DNA of 64,000 bases from Octopus vulgaris (lineage: Eukaryota). Shown here piece by piece: positions 11,151-26,529 of this stretch. The notes below the pieces were generated by a model. That model searched no databases. It was not told the DNA's origin and saw nothing but the letters and a program-made list of their open reading frames with translations. A program made the translations under genes and the position numbers. The stretch lies in contig OX597823.1 in the NCBI GenBank assembly GCA_951406725.2, forward strand, positions 110,732,001 through 110,796,000, given 5' to 3'. How positions within the stretch are numbered: position 1 is the stretch's first letter; each line of letters starts with the position of its first letter.

Positions 11151-12069
11151 AATTGCTCATATAACTTTCTATGATGTTTTTGAATTCTCTTTCCTTGGAA
11201 ATGATGCAAAACTGGATCAAAGTATACAAATTTCTTGATTCAGAAGTCCTACAATCAAAGGCATTCCATCTGTGACCATTACATTTATTTTGTAAACTTA
11301 TAACTATGTGGTCTAATGTGTCCTTCTTTAGGGTATTATTTCAAACTTATTAGTATACTGCTATTTATAGCAGATCAAGAAACACTGTATAGAAACTCTG
11401 TTGTGAGTCCTTAGTTTCCTCTTGGCAGTTGTATCTACTTAATGCAACTTTACAAACTCTTAGTTGCCTTTAAATCACGGAAAGGGGTGAATGTCATTGA
11501 ATTTCATGTATTCTCACTTCTTCTATAAATCTGAAATCCTTTTGATATTGTTAGCACTGAATTAATAAATTTTAAAGCAAGAGAGCACCTACAACAACAG
11601 CAAAAACAACAAAAGCAACAAAAACAACAAAATAATAATAATGATAATAATAATAATGATAATAATAATAATGATAACTTGAATCGTTCTGAGAAGTAAA
11701 ACGTTATATACTCCTCTTCTCACAAAATATCCTTGTTCCTCACCAAAAGATAATAATAAAAAGTTGCAGAAACACACCAACAAATTGTATAAAAGAAGAA
11801 GAATAAAACAAAAGTAAAGAATGTAATGGAAGAAGAAGAAAATGGTAAAGTGTAAAACAAAGGAATGTGCTTGAAGAAACCATGAACAGACACAAGGAAA
11901 AGACATAGACCGAAGAACAAAGAACTCATGAAAGAAAAGGTTTAAGATAGAACGGAGAACAAATGAATTCTCAATGAATTGTGATATTGGTTATAATGAA
12001 ACATTTAAAGGAATGGTGAATATTGTGCACACAAAAAATTCTACATATATTTAGATAAAAAAAAAATTG

Positions 12070-12185
12070 CTTATACATACGTGTGTTCATATATCTATAC
12101 ATGCACCACACACACATGTATATATATAAATATATATATACATATATGTATGTATTTTATATTCATTACATATGTATAGATATTC

Positions 12186-12225
<40 letters not shown>

Positions 12226-12406
12226 TGTATATGCATATATATATATACACATACACACATATAACATAAATATACAAATATATACATACAAACATACATA
12301 CATGCATATATGTGTGTGTGTGCATGTGTATATAGATATCTAGATATATATGTGTATACATATACATACATACATACACATATATATTCACATATACATA
12401 TATATG

Positions 12407-12442
<36 letters not shown>

Positions 12443-13021
12443 CGTGTGGAGAAGAGAATATTGAAAAGAAAATAGAGAAATTGTCCAGATAAATTTGTGG
12501 TGAACAAAATTTCTATATTCTAATTCCGCAGCTTTGAAAACTCTTTGAGATGCTAATATTACCTTTCTGCTCTTTATTTTGTTCCCCTTTACTTACTGTA
12601 CTTTTTCATGCTTTTCTTTTTTTTTGTTCCTTTGTTTGTTTTTCAGTAGATTTTTCTCTTCTGTATTCCATATTCAGTAATTTTATTTTCCTCCTCAGAT
12701 GACATGGCATAACTATTTGACTAAATAGATAAATAAAATGATACACAGATGTGTATGCATGGATATGCATACATACATACATACATACATACATACATAC
12801 ATACATACATACATACCTACATACATACATACATACCTACATACATACATACATACATACATACATACATGCATACATACATACATACATACCTACATAC
12901 ATACATACATATACATACATACATACATACATACATACATACATACATACCTACATACATACATACATACATACATACATACATACATACATACATACAT
13001 ACCTACATACATACATACATA

Positions 13022-13053
<32 letters not shown>

Positions 13054-13091
13054 CATACATACATACATACCTACATACATACATACATATA

Positions 13092-13123
<32 letters not shown>

Positions 13124-13342
13124 CATACATACATACATACATACATACATACATACATACATACATACATACATACATACATACATACATACCTACATAC
13201 CTACATACATACATACATACATACATACATACATGCATACATACATACATACATACATACATACCTACATACATACCTACATACATACATACATACATAC
13301 ATACACATATATTTATATATATCTTTATGTATTTATTTGTGC

Positions 13343-13373
<31 letters not shown>

Positions 13374-13443
13374 TATTGTGTGTGTGTGCTGTGTGTGTAT
13401 ATATATATATATATTCATATGTATGTATATATGTATATATGTA

Positions 13444-13494
<51 letters not shown>

Positions 13495-13562
13495 ATTTGC
13501 GGGTATCTCACCCCCTGTTCATATATATACATACAGTTAGATAGATAGATGTATAGATATGC

Positions 13563-13593
<31 letters not shown>

Positions 13594-14079
13594 CACATTT
13601 GCACATGTACACACTTTATACATACTAAAATATTAGTTCTATGTTAGATTCCATTATATGCTTTAAAAAAAACATTCTTGAAAAATGCAGTAAAAAATTT
13701 AAAAAAAACAAACACAAATCATATCAAAATAACACGATTGCACAGATAGATCTGTATATACATACACACACACAAACACATACATGCACACACACACACA
13801 CACACACATACACATACACACACACATTCTGTCTGTCTCTCTTTCTCTTGGAAACTTACAAATCAACAAAAATGAAAACTAAACAAATGTAGGATGTGCC
13901 ACCACCACCACCACCACCACCACCACCACCACACACACGTAACACTTCCCACCAAAATATATAAATACAATAGCAATAGAATAACAACAACAACGACAAC
14001 AACAACACTAATTTCTTCAGATTATTATTATCATTAATGTTATTACAATTATATATTATTATTATTATTATTATTATTA

Positions 14080-14126
<47 letters not shown>

Positions 14127-14145
14127 ATGATCATCATTATTCTCA

Positions 14146-14181
<36 letters not shown>

Positions 14182-14319
14182 TGTATGTATGTATATGGGT
14201 AAAGAGAGAGACAGATAGACTGATGCATAACAAATATACACCCACATTTATATGCACGCATATATATACATATGCAAATATATATATTATATAAACATAA
14301 AAATGTATATACATATATA

Positions 14320-14350
<31 letters not shown>

Positions 14351-14418
14351 GCACATATATATATATATATATATATATGTACATACATTTATGCATAAAT
14401 GTACACACGCACACACAT

Positions 14419-14472
<54 letters not shown>

Positions 14473-15024
14473 ATTATTAATAATATTATTAGTATTTTAT
14501 TTACTTTCCATTTTTTTTTAAAGCGTAACCCAACAAAATTATGCATTATATAGAGAACAAAAGTGGAACTAGTACCTACTGCTCGTAGGCAAAGTGCATT
14601 CTTACGCATGTGATATATGACTAATTGCATTTTTCTCATATCAGATTACATCAACTTGTCGCAGCCTCAAGTAAAATAGCTCTTTTCTTTCATGGCCAAT
14701 ATAATTGAATTGGTCACATTTTCTCTAACAATCAATTTTAAAAGATACCTACCTCTAATAACACCACTCACAATTTTACTCTTATCATGAGAAACAGTTA
14801 GCTTATGTTCATTGCTGCCATTTTTCTCTCACTTTCATGTCTTTAAGATTTTTTTTTTATTTTCTATCGTTTACTTTTAACTTTTTAAGGGATTTTTTTT
14901 TGGGAATATATTTATGTATTTTTATATAGTTTTTTGTAATTTTTTCATGATTTTTATTTTTTACTTTTTTTATATTTAGTTTTTGTTCCTTAAATCCTTC
15001 TTTTATTCTCTCTTTCTCTCCCGC

Positions 15025-15059
<35 letters not shown>

Positions 15060-15342
15060 CTTTTTTGTTCTCACTTTCTTATTCTCTGTCTCTCTAATTT
15101 TCTTGTTTCGTCATATCCTTTCTCCACATAACACTCTGTTGAAACACACACACTCACACACACACCCACACACATTCATGCATGCACTTGTGCACATATG
15201 TATATACATGTGTGTGTGTGTCTGTGTGTGTGTGTGTGTGTGTGTGTTCATCAATATCTTTGCGATACTCATGTATTCTGGTTGATCATTCATTTGAAAG
15301 TTACGGCATAGCCAACTATATCTGTGTATATACTTGCAAGTC

Positions 15343-15440
<98 letters not shown>

Positions 15441-15471
15441 TACATATATATATTTACATATATACATATAC

Positions 15472-15512
<41 letters not shown>

Positions 15513-15697
15513 CACACACACACACACACACATATATGTGTGTGATCTCCCTTGTACCATAACTCTATCCTCTTTCTGTCTGTCAGTCTGCCTTTGTCTC
15601 TCATCTTCAGTCTCTCTCTCTCTCTCTCTTCTCTCTTCTTTACTCTCTCTTTCTTCTTACTGTCCTTCTGCTGTCATTTTTATTCTTTCTCTCACTC

Positions 15698-15752
<55 letters not shown>

Positions 15753-16340
15753 CCGTGTTCTTCATCTATTTTTTTGTCTACCGATACAAATCTTTGGACA
15801 CTAAAATTACAAACAACTCCTCACTTGCCTAGCCATCACCATGACCACTACTGTGACAATGACCAGTTTGTGCACCACCACCAACACCAACACCAACAAC
15901 AACAACAACGAAGAAGTATATATAAACGACAGACTCATGTTGGCATTAGAATTGTCTGATAATTTTTTTAAGAAACAAAAACAACAATAAAAAAAACAAG
16001 GACAAAAGCAACAAATAATACTAACACTGACACAAACAAAACAGATAAATATTAAAGGTAGAAGAAAGAAAGAAAGAAAGAGAGAAAGACAATACATACA
16101 TGCACACATACTTACGTATATACACACAAACACATATACATAAATATGTTCACAGATATACTGATAAAGGTAGCTGTACACAAATACACATATATATGTG
16201 TACGTCTATTTGTATGTATTTGTGTGTCTGTATGGAGATATAGATAGATAAATAGATAGATAGATAGGAAACTGAATAAAGCTATACATAAATAAGTATA
16301 TATAAATATACATAGATATAGAAATAGATAGATGATAGAT
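12070..16340. repeat. Microsatellite-dense zone including an ~540-bp (TACA)n array at 12766-13305, plus (TA)n, (CA)n, (ATT)n and (CT)n tracts
   Basis: Read directly. Explains the YIHT/MYVC/IIII ORFs. Confidence 0.95.
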
Positions 16341-16684
16341 AACTGAATAAAACTATAAACAAATAGGTATATTATTAAATATATTATCAATTTGTCGAAC
16401 TGCCATTTTTGGCTTCTCTCTGACAGATCTGACTGATATGTTTGGTAATGAGATTCCAGAAATGTTAGTCTTTTACCAAAACTAATTCTTAGATTATTTA
16501 CATCATATTCATATTTCTGTTATTAATGTAGAAATTTCATGGTGTGTAAAGCAAGTGCCAGTGCTTAACTTGGCAGTAATTTCTTGATATGGGTTCAATC
16601 CACTGCAGAGCTGTATGTTTTGATTTTGCAATCAGATAATTCTCTGTTTTGTTTGTATGGTGTGGTTGTTGTGACTGCTTATTT

Positions 16685-17010
16685 GTTGAACGTCCCATTT
16701 TTTATAGTGGGAGAAGTCCAAAACGTGGTCCTTTGCTATTCGTAAGACCCGCAGAAGAGAAAACAGGTCAACCCCCGACACCGAGAGCATCGACGGATGG
16801 ATGAATGAGCATCCAGGTTCAGCGGTTGCGTAGGAAGTCGGGGACAAGAAATAGGAAGAAAGAGTGAGAGAAAGTTGGAGCGAAAGAGTACAACAGGGGT
16901 CGCCATCACCCCTCCCGGAGCATCGTGGAGCTTTAGGTTTTTTCGCTCAATAAACACACACAACGCCCGACCGCGACCCGCTACCCTAACCACTGGGCCA
17001 TTGCGCCTCC
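16685..17010 (-). mobile_element. tRNA-derived SINE (D-related head) with a long GC-rich tail
   Basis: Minus strand starts ggaggcgcaatggcccagtggttaggg (A-box-like; the B-box region is deleted), then gtttattgagcgaaaaaacctaaagctcc, which also appears inside 36514-36630. Confidence 0.7.
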
Positions 17011-17337
17011 TGTTGTTACTGCTGTTGTTGTTGTTGCTTAACCTATTTTGGGGTTAATGAAAGAAATTTATGTTGAAATATTACAGTCATTACATACCTC
17101 TTACATACCTATTACATACCTCTTGCTTTTCAGACCGAGCATCTGGTCACGAAAGAAAGCAAAAACTTGTTAAAAGTGAAGAAATAAAGGAGGGTACATG
17201 GTCTTCCAACGATTATTGCAAATGTAATCTAGCTAGGATTGCTTTAATGATGGCAGTCAATCTTACTGATACCAGTGGCATGAAAAATATGTACCCAAGC
17301 AATGAAAGAAACTCGTTGGTAAAAGGTAGAATGAACA

Positions 17338-17757
17338 AAGGCGGCGAGCTGGCAGAGACGTTAGCACACTGGGCGAAATGCGTGGCTGTATTTCGTCTGC
17401 CGTTACATTCTGAGTTCAAATTCCGCTGAGGTCGACTTTGCCTTTCATCCTTTCGGGGTCGATTAAATAAGTACCAGTTACGTACTGGGGTCAATATAAT
17501 CGACTTAATCCGTTTGTCTGTCCTTGCTTGTCCTCTCTGTGTTTAGCCCCTTGTGGGTAGTAAAGAAATAGGTATTTCGTCTGTTGCTACGTTCTGAGAT
17601 CAAATTCCACCGAGGTCGACTTTGCCTTTCATCCTTTCGGGGTCGATTAAATTAAGTACCAGTTACGCACTGGGGTCGATATAATCGACTTAATCCGTCT
17701 GTCTGTCCTTGTTTGTCCTCTCTGTGCTTAGCCCCTTGTGGGTAGTAAAGAAATAGG
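17338..17757 (+). mobile_element. Family A SINE, head-to-tail dimer
   Basis: Head ggcggcgagctggcagag, then body, junction taaagaaatag|gtatttcgtctg (about 17571), then a second body. Confidence 0.9.
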
Positions 17758-18664
17758 TATATATATAGTGTGATGTAAAAGATGTTTAGCAGTTACTTCT
17801 AGCTGATCAGGCAACTCTGCAGCAATAGTATTATAAAATACACGTACAAGAAGCGTGTCTAGTGCAACTTCTATTTTGGCTGTTCTCGTTTTTGTAGGTT
17901 ATTTTTGTGGTTGTCATTGTTTATCGTATTACTTTATTGAAACTGAAGTTTCTTTTTAGTTCCAAAGGTGTGGGCCAATGTCTATCACTGAGGAGGCAAA
18001 ATTAATCAAAAACACTGGTATCTAATATCTGCTGATGTCATTTGGAGCTTGGTATGTTTTACATACACATTCTACATAAGAAGGCGATTTTTTCCTTGAC
18101 AAAAATACTGCTAAATTACATTCATATTTGAGTCAGCTTGAATATGTAATAAATAAATATGCACATCATTATTTATATAAATGTTCGTTTTTGTGTATAC
18201 TTCTATATAAAACGTAATCAATTTTAGTTGAATGTTCGCTCAATATGTTTAAATGATGCATCATGTTTCATTTTGACAAGGATAAGGTTAGCAGCATCTT
18301 CGTAGATGACTTTCAGCTTAGTAACATTTGTGAACTTATAAAGCAGTTTTGTTGATTTGTATGGTTTCCAAAGATTCTTATATTTTTTGGTATATCTTGT
18401 GTGAAGAGCAGAGTGATGTCAAACACAGATTCTATTTAGTAGTATATATCCCACAAAAATTTACTGTTAGGAGCAGATGCCTGTGTGGGCATGTGTGTGT
18501 GTATCATCATTGTCAGCATCATCCTCGTATACGTATATGCATTTTATTTTTTCATTCATTTTACATTGGTTGCACTCTACCAACAGGGCTATGCATATGT
18601 GTGTGTATGTGCGTGTGTGTAAAATAGTTTGTATAAATTATATGATACATGAAAATCTTTAGAG

Positions 18665-21110
18665 CAGTGATTCTCAAACTTATCAAAATATTTCACGTGC
18701 CGGTCCCCTTACAGATTTTTTCGATGATTCACTGTCCCCTATAAAATACAGGATAATTAACATGGAAAAAATAAGTATCAGGTCTGTTGTCATAGTAACG
18801 AAACCAAAGCACGCAGAGTTAAGCCGCTTGGCACAGATTGTCCTTAAACTCTGCTGTGCCTGTGCACTAAGTTTTAACGTTATAGCTTACTTCCACCGTT
18901 AACAGCATTGCTTGGGAGGAAGGTGTGTAGCGTGTGATCGTCGCATTGGCCATGACAGAAAACGTTGTCATGGCGATAACATACCTGCTCAGAAACTTAC
19001 GCAAAGTTGCAGAAAGTGTATGGAGAAGGGTGTATGAGTCACACATAGGTGAACGAGTGTTTCAGACGTTTTTAAGATGCCGTACAAATGTTGATACTGA
19101 CGAACGTTCTGAGAGACCCGCAACCAGTAGAACCGAGAAAAGCTTCATAGATGTGTGTGCAGCTGTGAGACGAAATCTTAGAATCACCATCCTTGAGTAA
19201 TCAGAGGATGTGCAGATTAATAACGGTTCGGTTCTGTCCATTGTCACAGAAGATTTGAGTATGAGACGCATGTCTACCACATTTGTGCTAAAACTGCTTT
19301 CAGCTGACCCAAAAGTCATCCGGGTTTCAGTTTCACAGGATGTCCTTCATTGTATCGAGAGCAATGAACATTTTTTGAAAACTTTGCGTAGGCCTCTGAG
19401 CAGGTATCGCTAAGCTTTTGGCTAAATTCTATGCAGATTCTCCGCTCAGCTTTCTCTCTCATGGTCAATGCGATGAGCACATGCTACACACATTCCTTCC
19501 GTGCGCTGCTGTAAACAGCGGAAGTGAGTTAGAACGTTAAAACTTAGTGCGCATGGACATCAGAGTTTAAGATCAATATGTGCCTAGCAGCTTCACTCTG
19601 CGTGCCTTAGCTTCTTCCGGATACTTATGAATCAGACCACGTAATTTCGTGCACCGTATTTTCCAAACTATGACCCCATACTGCCAATAAACCCGCAACC
19701 CCGAAAATAATAACTTAATCCACGCAATAAAGCATTAGGGTACAATAAATACACATGCAAACATGGAGATTCGGTTGATCAATTAGTTAGAAAGCAAATG
19801 GGAAACGAAAACAGTCCGAAAATATCCAGAGCATCCTGTATTAACAACTGCGGAGACCCATTTATAACCGTTTGGCAGAGAGAAACTGTAAGTCATACAC
19901 CGAAAATTACAGAGGTTTCCGAGCTTTTGGCAACACTTTCCCCTTTTCACCATATTTTGAGATGCTATTCCTCCCCATTGCCATGAACTTTCCTCATATT
20001 GATTATCCAAGAGGTGCATGTCAATCAATTTAGCTATTTTCACCAGAAGAATTCTAATAGCATCCTAAAATGTACAGAAGTTTCTACTAATTGAGCCACC
20101 AGTATGCACGGAAACCCACAATTTGAGTAGAAACAACGTCTTCTCCTCCTCCCCTGAAGGTTTGCCCTCCCTTTTCCTGAATTCCTGATACATAACATGA
20201 CATAAAAAATTATATAAGAAATTATTTACTCACAAAAGCAGACCGTATGTCATTTTATTTACAGCAATGTTCAGTGTTATGGATGTACCTACTTTGCAGC
20301 AACAAGCTCGTCTATGTTCTGTTTTGTTTTGGAGAGGGCAACCCTCATTTCTGGTGTGATATCCAGTCGATCTCGTGATTTAGTTTTGATGGCAAGGGGA
20401 GTGGAAAACGCGATCTCACACTCATAGGTGGTTGGAGATGGCATCAGTACTTTAAGAGCCGTCTTTGCGACATCAGGATATGACCGTGCCATTTCAATCC
20501 AAAATTCAGAACAGCACATTTCACGGGGAAAAAATGTACCTCCATATGTATGTGTGTATGTGGGTGTATGTGTATTGTACCTGTGTGCAAAATAGTTTGT
20601 ATAAATCATATGATGCTCTTGAATTAAAGTATCTTCTGTAGGCAGATCGCTAACAAAGAGTACAGAAGGGTTCCTAATAAAGTGGCAGTGTTTGTCCTAG
20701 TCATGAAGATCAGAAAAATAAAGAGATATTAACATGTATTAACATGTATTAACATGTGTTGTTTCACGAGTTCAACGATTTCGTCATCGACTTGAAGCTC
20801 GTTTTCATCAATAAACATATTTAGTTGAGAAAATGATGCAAAAATTCCTTCTGTCCAACTTTTGGTGCCAAAGTTTAGGCTTCATTTTGAAAGCAGTTAG
20901 TTTTTCATGAGAATTAAGCATGGTTATATGTTTCCCTTGCAGTGAAAGATTGGCGGCATTCACAGATTCTAATATGTCCGCCAAAAATCTCAAGCAGATC
21001 AGAAAACGAACGTCGGAGAATTTGGCGTGAAAATCTGGCTTGGCATCTTGTAAAACATCGTGGACTTCTTTTTGTAGAAGGAAGACATTCTTTATTGTTT
21101 TTCGTCTGTC
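18665..21110 (-). mobile_element. hAT (Buster/Charlie-type) transposon relic with transposase fragments, interrupted by a mariner derivative
   Basis: ORF 20289-20609 has the hAT C-terminal dimerisation motif FWIEMARSYPDVAKTALKVLMPSPTTYECEIAFS..IKTKSRDRL..MRVALS. ORF 20808-21167 has LRFLADILESVNAANLSLQGK..KLTAFKMK.KLW. The terminus cagtgattctcaaact at 18665 is preceded by the 8-mer ctttagag (nnnTAnnn). Confidence 0.75.
18760..19643 (+). mobile_element. Non-autonomous mariner derivative with ~140-bp inverted ends and an N-terminal transposase remnant
   Basis: 18772-18906 is the reverse complement of 19505-19640. Internal translation DERSERPATSRTE..VRRNLRITI..SVLSIVTEDLSMRRMSTTFVLKLLS matches the HTH region and a WVPxxL-like motif. 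Confidence 0.8.
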
Positions 21111-21389
21111 TATACAAACACACACACACTCAGATATTGCTATTATGTTAAACTGTTGTATGTCCAAATTTGGCCAAATGCGTCTTTTTTCATTATTTAG
21201 TTTTGTCTGTAACAGCCAGTTCTTTTGGTCAAACTATTGTATCTCCAGCTGCTTCCGATGCCAAGATATCAAAAATTGCCAAAGTTTAGTACAATGGTTT
21301 TGTTATGGAATGGTGAAACTATTTTTTTCGTTTTCTGAAAAAGCAAAATTTTGGACTTGCGACACTTGCATAATAGCAACAACATATAT

Positions 21390-21560
21390 GTGTGTGGCTC
21401 TTTGTCTCTGTGTGTGGCTCTTTGTCTCTGTGTGTGGCTCTTTGTCTCTGTGTGTATCTCTTTGTCTCTGTGTGTGGCTCTTTGTCTCTGTGTGTGGCTC
21501 TTTGTCTCTGTGTGTGGCACTTTGTCTCTGTGTGTGGTATTTTGTCTGTGTGTGTGGCAC
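21390..21560 (+). repeat. 20-bp minisatellite (tgtgtggctctttgtctctg) x about 8, directly upstream of a family-B SINE 3' half (21560-21745)
   Basis: Read directly; followed by tgtgtttgtccc..cattgcatgcttgacaaatagtgttggtgtgtttat..gtgctccagcatgg. Confidence 0.85.
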
Positions 21561-23117
21561 TTTGGGTCTGTGTTTGTCCCTCACCATTGCATGCTTGACA
21601 AATAGTGTTGGTGTGTTTATGTCTTTACAACTTAGCAGTTTGGCAATAGAGACTGATACATTTAAAAAAACAGTCCTGAGGTTGATTTGATTGACGGAAA
21701 CACTCCAATGTAGTGCTCCAGCATGGTGCAGTCAAATGATTGATTCAAGGAAGGGATAAAAGATAAAAGATAGGTGAAAAAAAATGCTTCCATGTTCTTG
21801 GTGAATATGTGTATATGAATTTATACATACACACCATGCTGTCATTATGATTAAAGTAATAATGGTTGTGGTGGTGGTGGTGGTGGTGATGCAATAATGT
21901 TCCATATTGTCAGTTTCTATCACATACTCCTGTTTTTAATAATGCTGATTCTTGGTGTCGACATTTCCCTTGTAAATTATATCAGATCAATATTTTTTCC
22001 TGCCTTGATTTATTTTTTTACATTTATAATTTTTAGTAGTGCTTTTTTTTTTTGAAACTAAAGAAAAAAAAAATATGGAACAATTTATATATTTATATTT
22101 CTGAATTTTATTGATTGCATTTATTTTTTGCGATGCTTTTTTTAATTTTTTTTTTTTTTAGTATTGTTTACATATTTTTCAAAGCAATGCACAATAATGT
22201 AATCCATTATTTCACAAAGCTATAACAACATCAGAAACAACAACAACAGCAACAACAACAACAACAACAAAAAACAGGAAGAATGGTAGTAATAATAAGG
22301 ATGATAAAAAAATATGAGATAAAATAATTAAAATAATACAACCCAAATTAGATTTATACAAAAATAAATTTAGGGAGCACAATCGAAAGAATACCAAAGA
22401 AATAACACTTGAATATTTATAACAACAACAATAATAATATCAAGAGAAAAAGCAAAAGTAAAATTTCTAAGAAAAGAAATGACAATGAAAATAATATCAT
22501 TTAAAAAAAAAAAAAACAGCCCAATAATCATTGACATATTCTCTTCCTCGCTGTCATAATCATCAATATCGTAATGAGATAAATGACAGTGTGATAAACG
22601 CTATCATAAGTGTAATAGTAATAAATGGAAATGTGTCATTATAAATATTTGATGTGGATAGACACAGGACCAGGGGTGCACAACAAGATAATACTCACCT
22701 CTTTGTTTATATATAATTATTATTATTTTTATTTGTTTATTTATTTATTTATTTATTTATTTTTAGAGTTTACTAAAAAAAAATACCAGTAATTTTTTTC
22801 CTCAATATATATATTTATATTAAATACCAGTATTTTTTTTTCCTCAGTATATATATATTTAGGAGTTTTGGATGAGCAATTTTATACTTGATTATGTTTC
22901 CACTTCATTTCATTTCAAAAACAGGAAAAAAAGAAATAGGTACGCATTCATAGATACATTTACACACAGAAGTACATAAACGCATATGCATATACATACA
23001 TGCATGAATATGATAGAGAGATAGATGTAGATATAAGTATACATATATATATATACACACATACATCCAAACATACATACGTACATATATATATCTATAT
23101 CTATCTATCTATCTATC

Positions 23118-23149
<32 letters not shown>

Positions 23150-23724
23150 TATACATCTATAGATATATATATACATATATATATATATACATATATATAT
23201 GTATATGTATGTATGTATTTATATGTATGTATAAATATGTGTGAATGCATATGTGTATATATGCATATATGTGTGTGTATGTATATATATATGTGTACAT
23301 GTGTGTGTATGTGAGTGTGTGTATTAATAAAGATACAAATATATATTCGGTTATACACACAGAGGTACACATCCCCCGTCACACATGAACCCACCCTCAC
23401 ACATTCAGTCCCACCCTCACACATCCACCCCACCCTCACACATCCACCCCGCCCTCACACTCAGGTACAAACACATGAACACATGCACAGACAAACATAG
23501 ACTTATAGAAACATGTATGGAAATAGGTGTTGGTCACCATGTAAATTTATGCTTAATGTACAATATGATTGCATTCATAATTGATACTGATGAATGAATT
23601 TGGCAAAATATTGGAGGAAACTAGAAATATACAACAAGAATAAACATTATGAACAAATCAGTAAATCATAGAAATATATGAACCCACTGGAGAAAAACAC
23701 AATGGCATATATGTCTTCTGTACA

Positions 23725-23771
<47 letters not shown>

Positions 23772-23776
23772 CATCC

Positions 23777-23861
<85 letters not shown>

Positions 23862-23952
23862 GCATATATAAATGTATATATATGTATATATATATATATA
23901 TAACATATATATATATATTTATATATATATAACATATATATATATACATATG

Positions 23953-23988
<36 letters not shown>

Positions 23989-24085
23989 TGTTTGAACATT
24001 AATAAAATATATATATAAAGTCATGTTTTTCGTTCTATTTTCCTGTTTGCATCATCAAACTATATGTGTATAAATAAATATATGC

Positions 24086-24142
<57 letters not shown>

Positions 24143-25009
24143 TGTGTGTGTATGTGCCTGTATTGATGTATGTATGTAAGCATATATACTATGCTTTTAT
24201 GTATGTATGAACGCATATATATATATATATGTGTGTGTGTGTGTAGTCATTTATGTTTATGTGTGGTTTATGCTTATAGATATGTGTACATATGTATGTA
24301 TTTGCATATCTCTATGCATGCTTGCATGGGAGAGTGTGTTCATGTTCGTACATACAAGGAACTTGTCGAATTAATGGTCATGAAATATTTCATTCTGATG
24401 CGATAAATTATACATATTGAAAGAAATGAGGATCACAGTATTGCAGCCTTATGATGATATTGATGAATATATTGATGATGTTTGTGAGGGGGTGGGGTGG
24501 GGGTCGACGGTGATAATAATGATTGTGATGTTGCCAAAGAGTGTGACTACAACAATGGCAACAATATTGAAAACAACAACAACAACAGTTAAAACTGTAA
24601 CAACAACGACAATAACAAAGCAACAACAACATCCATAAGAATAACAAATACTTAGGCTCTAGATAATGGCGGTGATGATGAGGATGATGATGATGATGGT
24701 GATGGTGGTGGTGGTGGTGGTGGTGATGATGATAATGATGATGATGATGATGGTTGTGGTGGCACAGTGGAGATGGTGGTGGTGGGGAGATTGTGATGCT
24801 GGAGATAAAATATACATAACTCCTGAAATATAACACACCTGTCATAAATAATTCAATGTGCAAATTCAAATACACGTACATTTTTTATAGGTTTGAACAA
24901 ATGTGCTTCTGTGCGTGCGTGTGTATGCGTGCGTGCGTGTATACATGTAAATATATATATATATACACACATATATACACATATATCTACATACATTAAT
25001 ATGTGTTTG

Positions 25010-25046
<37 letters not shown>

Positions 25047-25124
25047 GTATATATATATATGTATATATATATATGTGTGTGTGTATATATATGTATGTAT
25101 AAATATATATTGTATACATATATA

Positions 25125-25168
<44 letters not shown>

Positions 25169-25804
25169 TATACACACATCTTAATCTATCTGCTTATGTG
25201 TCTGCATTAGTGTGTGTGTAGTGCATGTTTGTGATCATAAATGTATATAGCAACATTTCAATTTCTGTGCAAAAATATACCAACTTCTTTTACCCTCTCT
25301 TTCCCTTTACCCAGATCTATACACACATAGCCCCATACAGACCGACATAAACCACAGTGAGAAAAAAGGATGATACAAAAAACATGAAAAAATAACATGA
25401 AAAAATATTGGTAATTTACTGTCTAAATATAAATAATATGTATGTATGTATGTATGTAAGTATGTATGTATGAATGTATGTATGTATGTATGTATGTATG
25501 TATGTATGTATGTATGTATGTATGTATGTATTACGTATATATGGAATAAAATAAAAATGCCAAAACACGTATTAATACGAAACAACAAAAAATATGGAAC
25601 GAAAATTTATCCTCTCAGAACTGGCAATGGTTTGGATAGGAAGAGAGAACTAGAGAAAGATGATTTAATGAAGTGTTTGAACATTACGACTCTAGATTTT
25701 GATGCAGGGATGAGTGAGGCCAGATGGTTTTATAGGGAGTACGTGGTGGTGTTGGGCATATTATAGCAGACACCACCAACTGCTCAGCAAAAACAGTAAC
25801 TCAG

Positions 25805-25814
25805 TATAATAATG

Positions 25815-25883
<69 letters not shown>

Positions 25884-25970
25884 TTAATAATAATAATAAT
25901 AATAATGATAATAATAACAAGGATAATAATAATAATAATAATAATAATGATAATAATAATAATAACAAGG

Positions 25971-26053
<83 letters not shown>

Positions 26054-26141
26054 CATGATGATGATGATGATGACGATAATAATAATAATGATAATAATAA
26101 TAATAATGATAATAATAATAATAATGATAATAATAACAAGG

Positions 26142-26222
<81 letters not shown>
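25805..26222. repeat. (AAT)n/(GAT)n compound microsatellite with recurring aacaagg interruptions
   Basis: Read directly. Confidence 0.95.
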
Positions 26223-26223
<1 letters not shown>

Positions 26224-26385
26224 GTGACTGCAATGAGGGTGGAGCACTTGCAGAAAACAACACTGCTTGGAACTGCTCGAATACTCTGGAAGGTGCTCGA
26301 AAAATAAGAGGTGTTACCTTAGTTCACTGGCAGTGAACAGCTGACACAGTAGTACAAGTCCAGCGTCAGAAGCTGTGCAAAGGCA
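26222..26385 (+). mobile_element. 3' tip of an R4/Dong-type LINE
   Basis: gggtggagcacttgcagaaaacaacactgcttggaactgctcgaatactctggaaggtgctcgaaaaataag matches 33354-33497. Embedded in AAT repeats. Confidence 0.8.
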
Positions 26386-26529
26386 ATGATAATAATAATA
26401 GCAACAATAAAAATAATTATAATAAATGCAGCATCAACAAAACCTTGGGGTCGATGTAATCGACTGGTCCCCTCACCCCAAATTTCAGGCCTTTTGATTT
26501 TAGTGGAAAGACTTTTTATGAGTACCAAT

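Noticed and set aside
12738-13548. Long 260-aa ORFs (YIHT repeats) and similar poly-I/L/M/N ORFs throughout
   Set aside because: They are translations of stop-free microsatellites and show no other sign of coding.
14630-14680. Possible micro-exon (ttttctcatatcag|...|gtaaaa)
   Set aside because: The donor is weak, there are no partner exons or recognisable peptide, and such matches are expected by chance.
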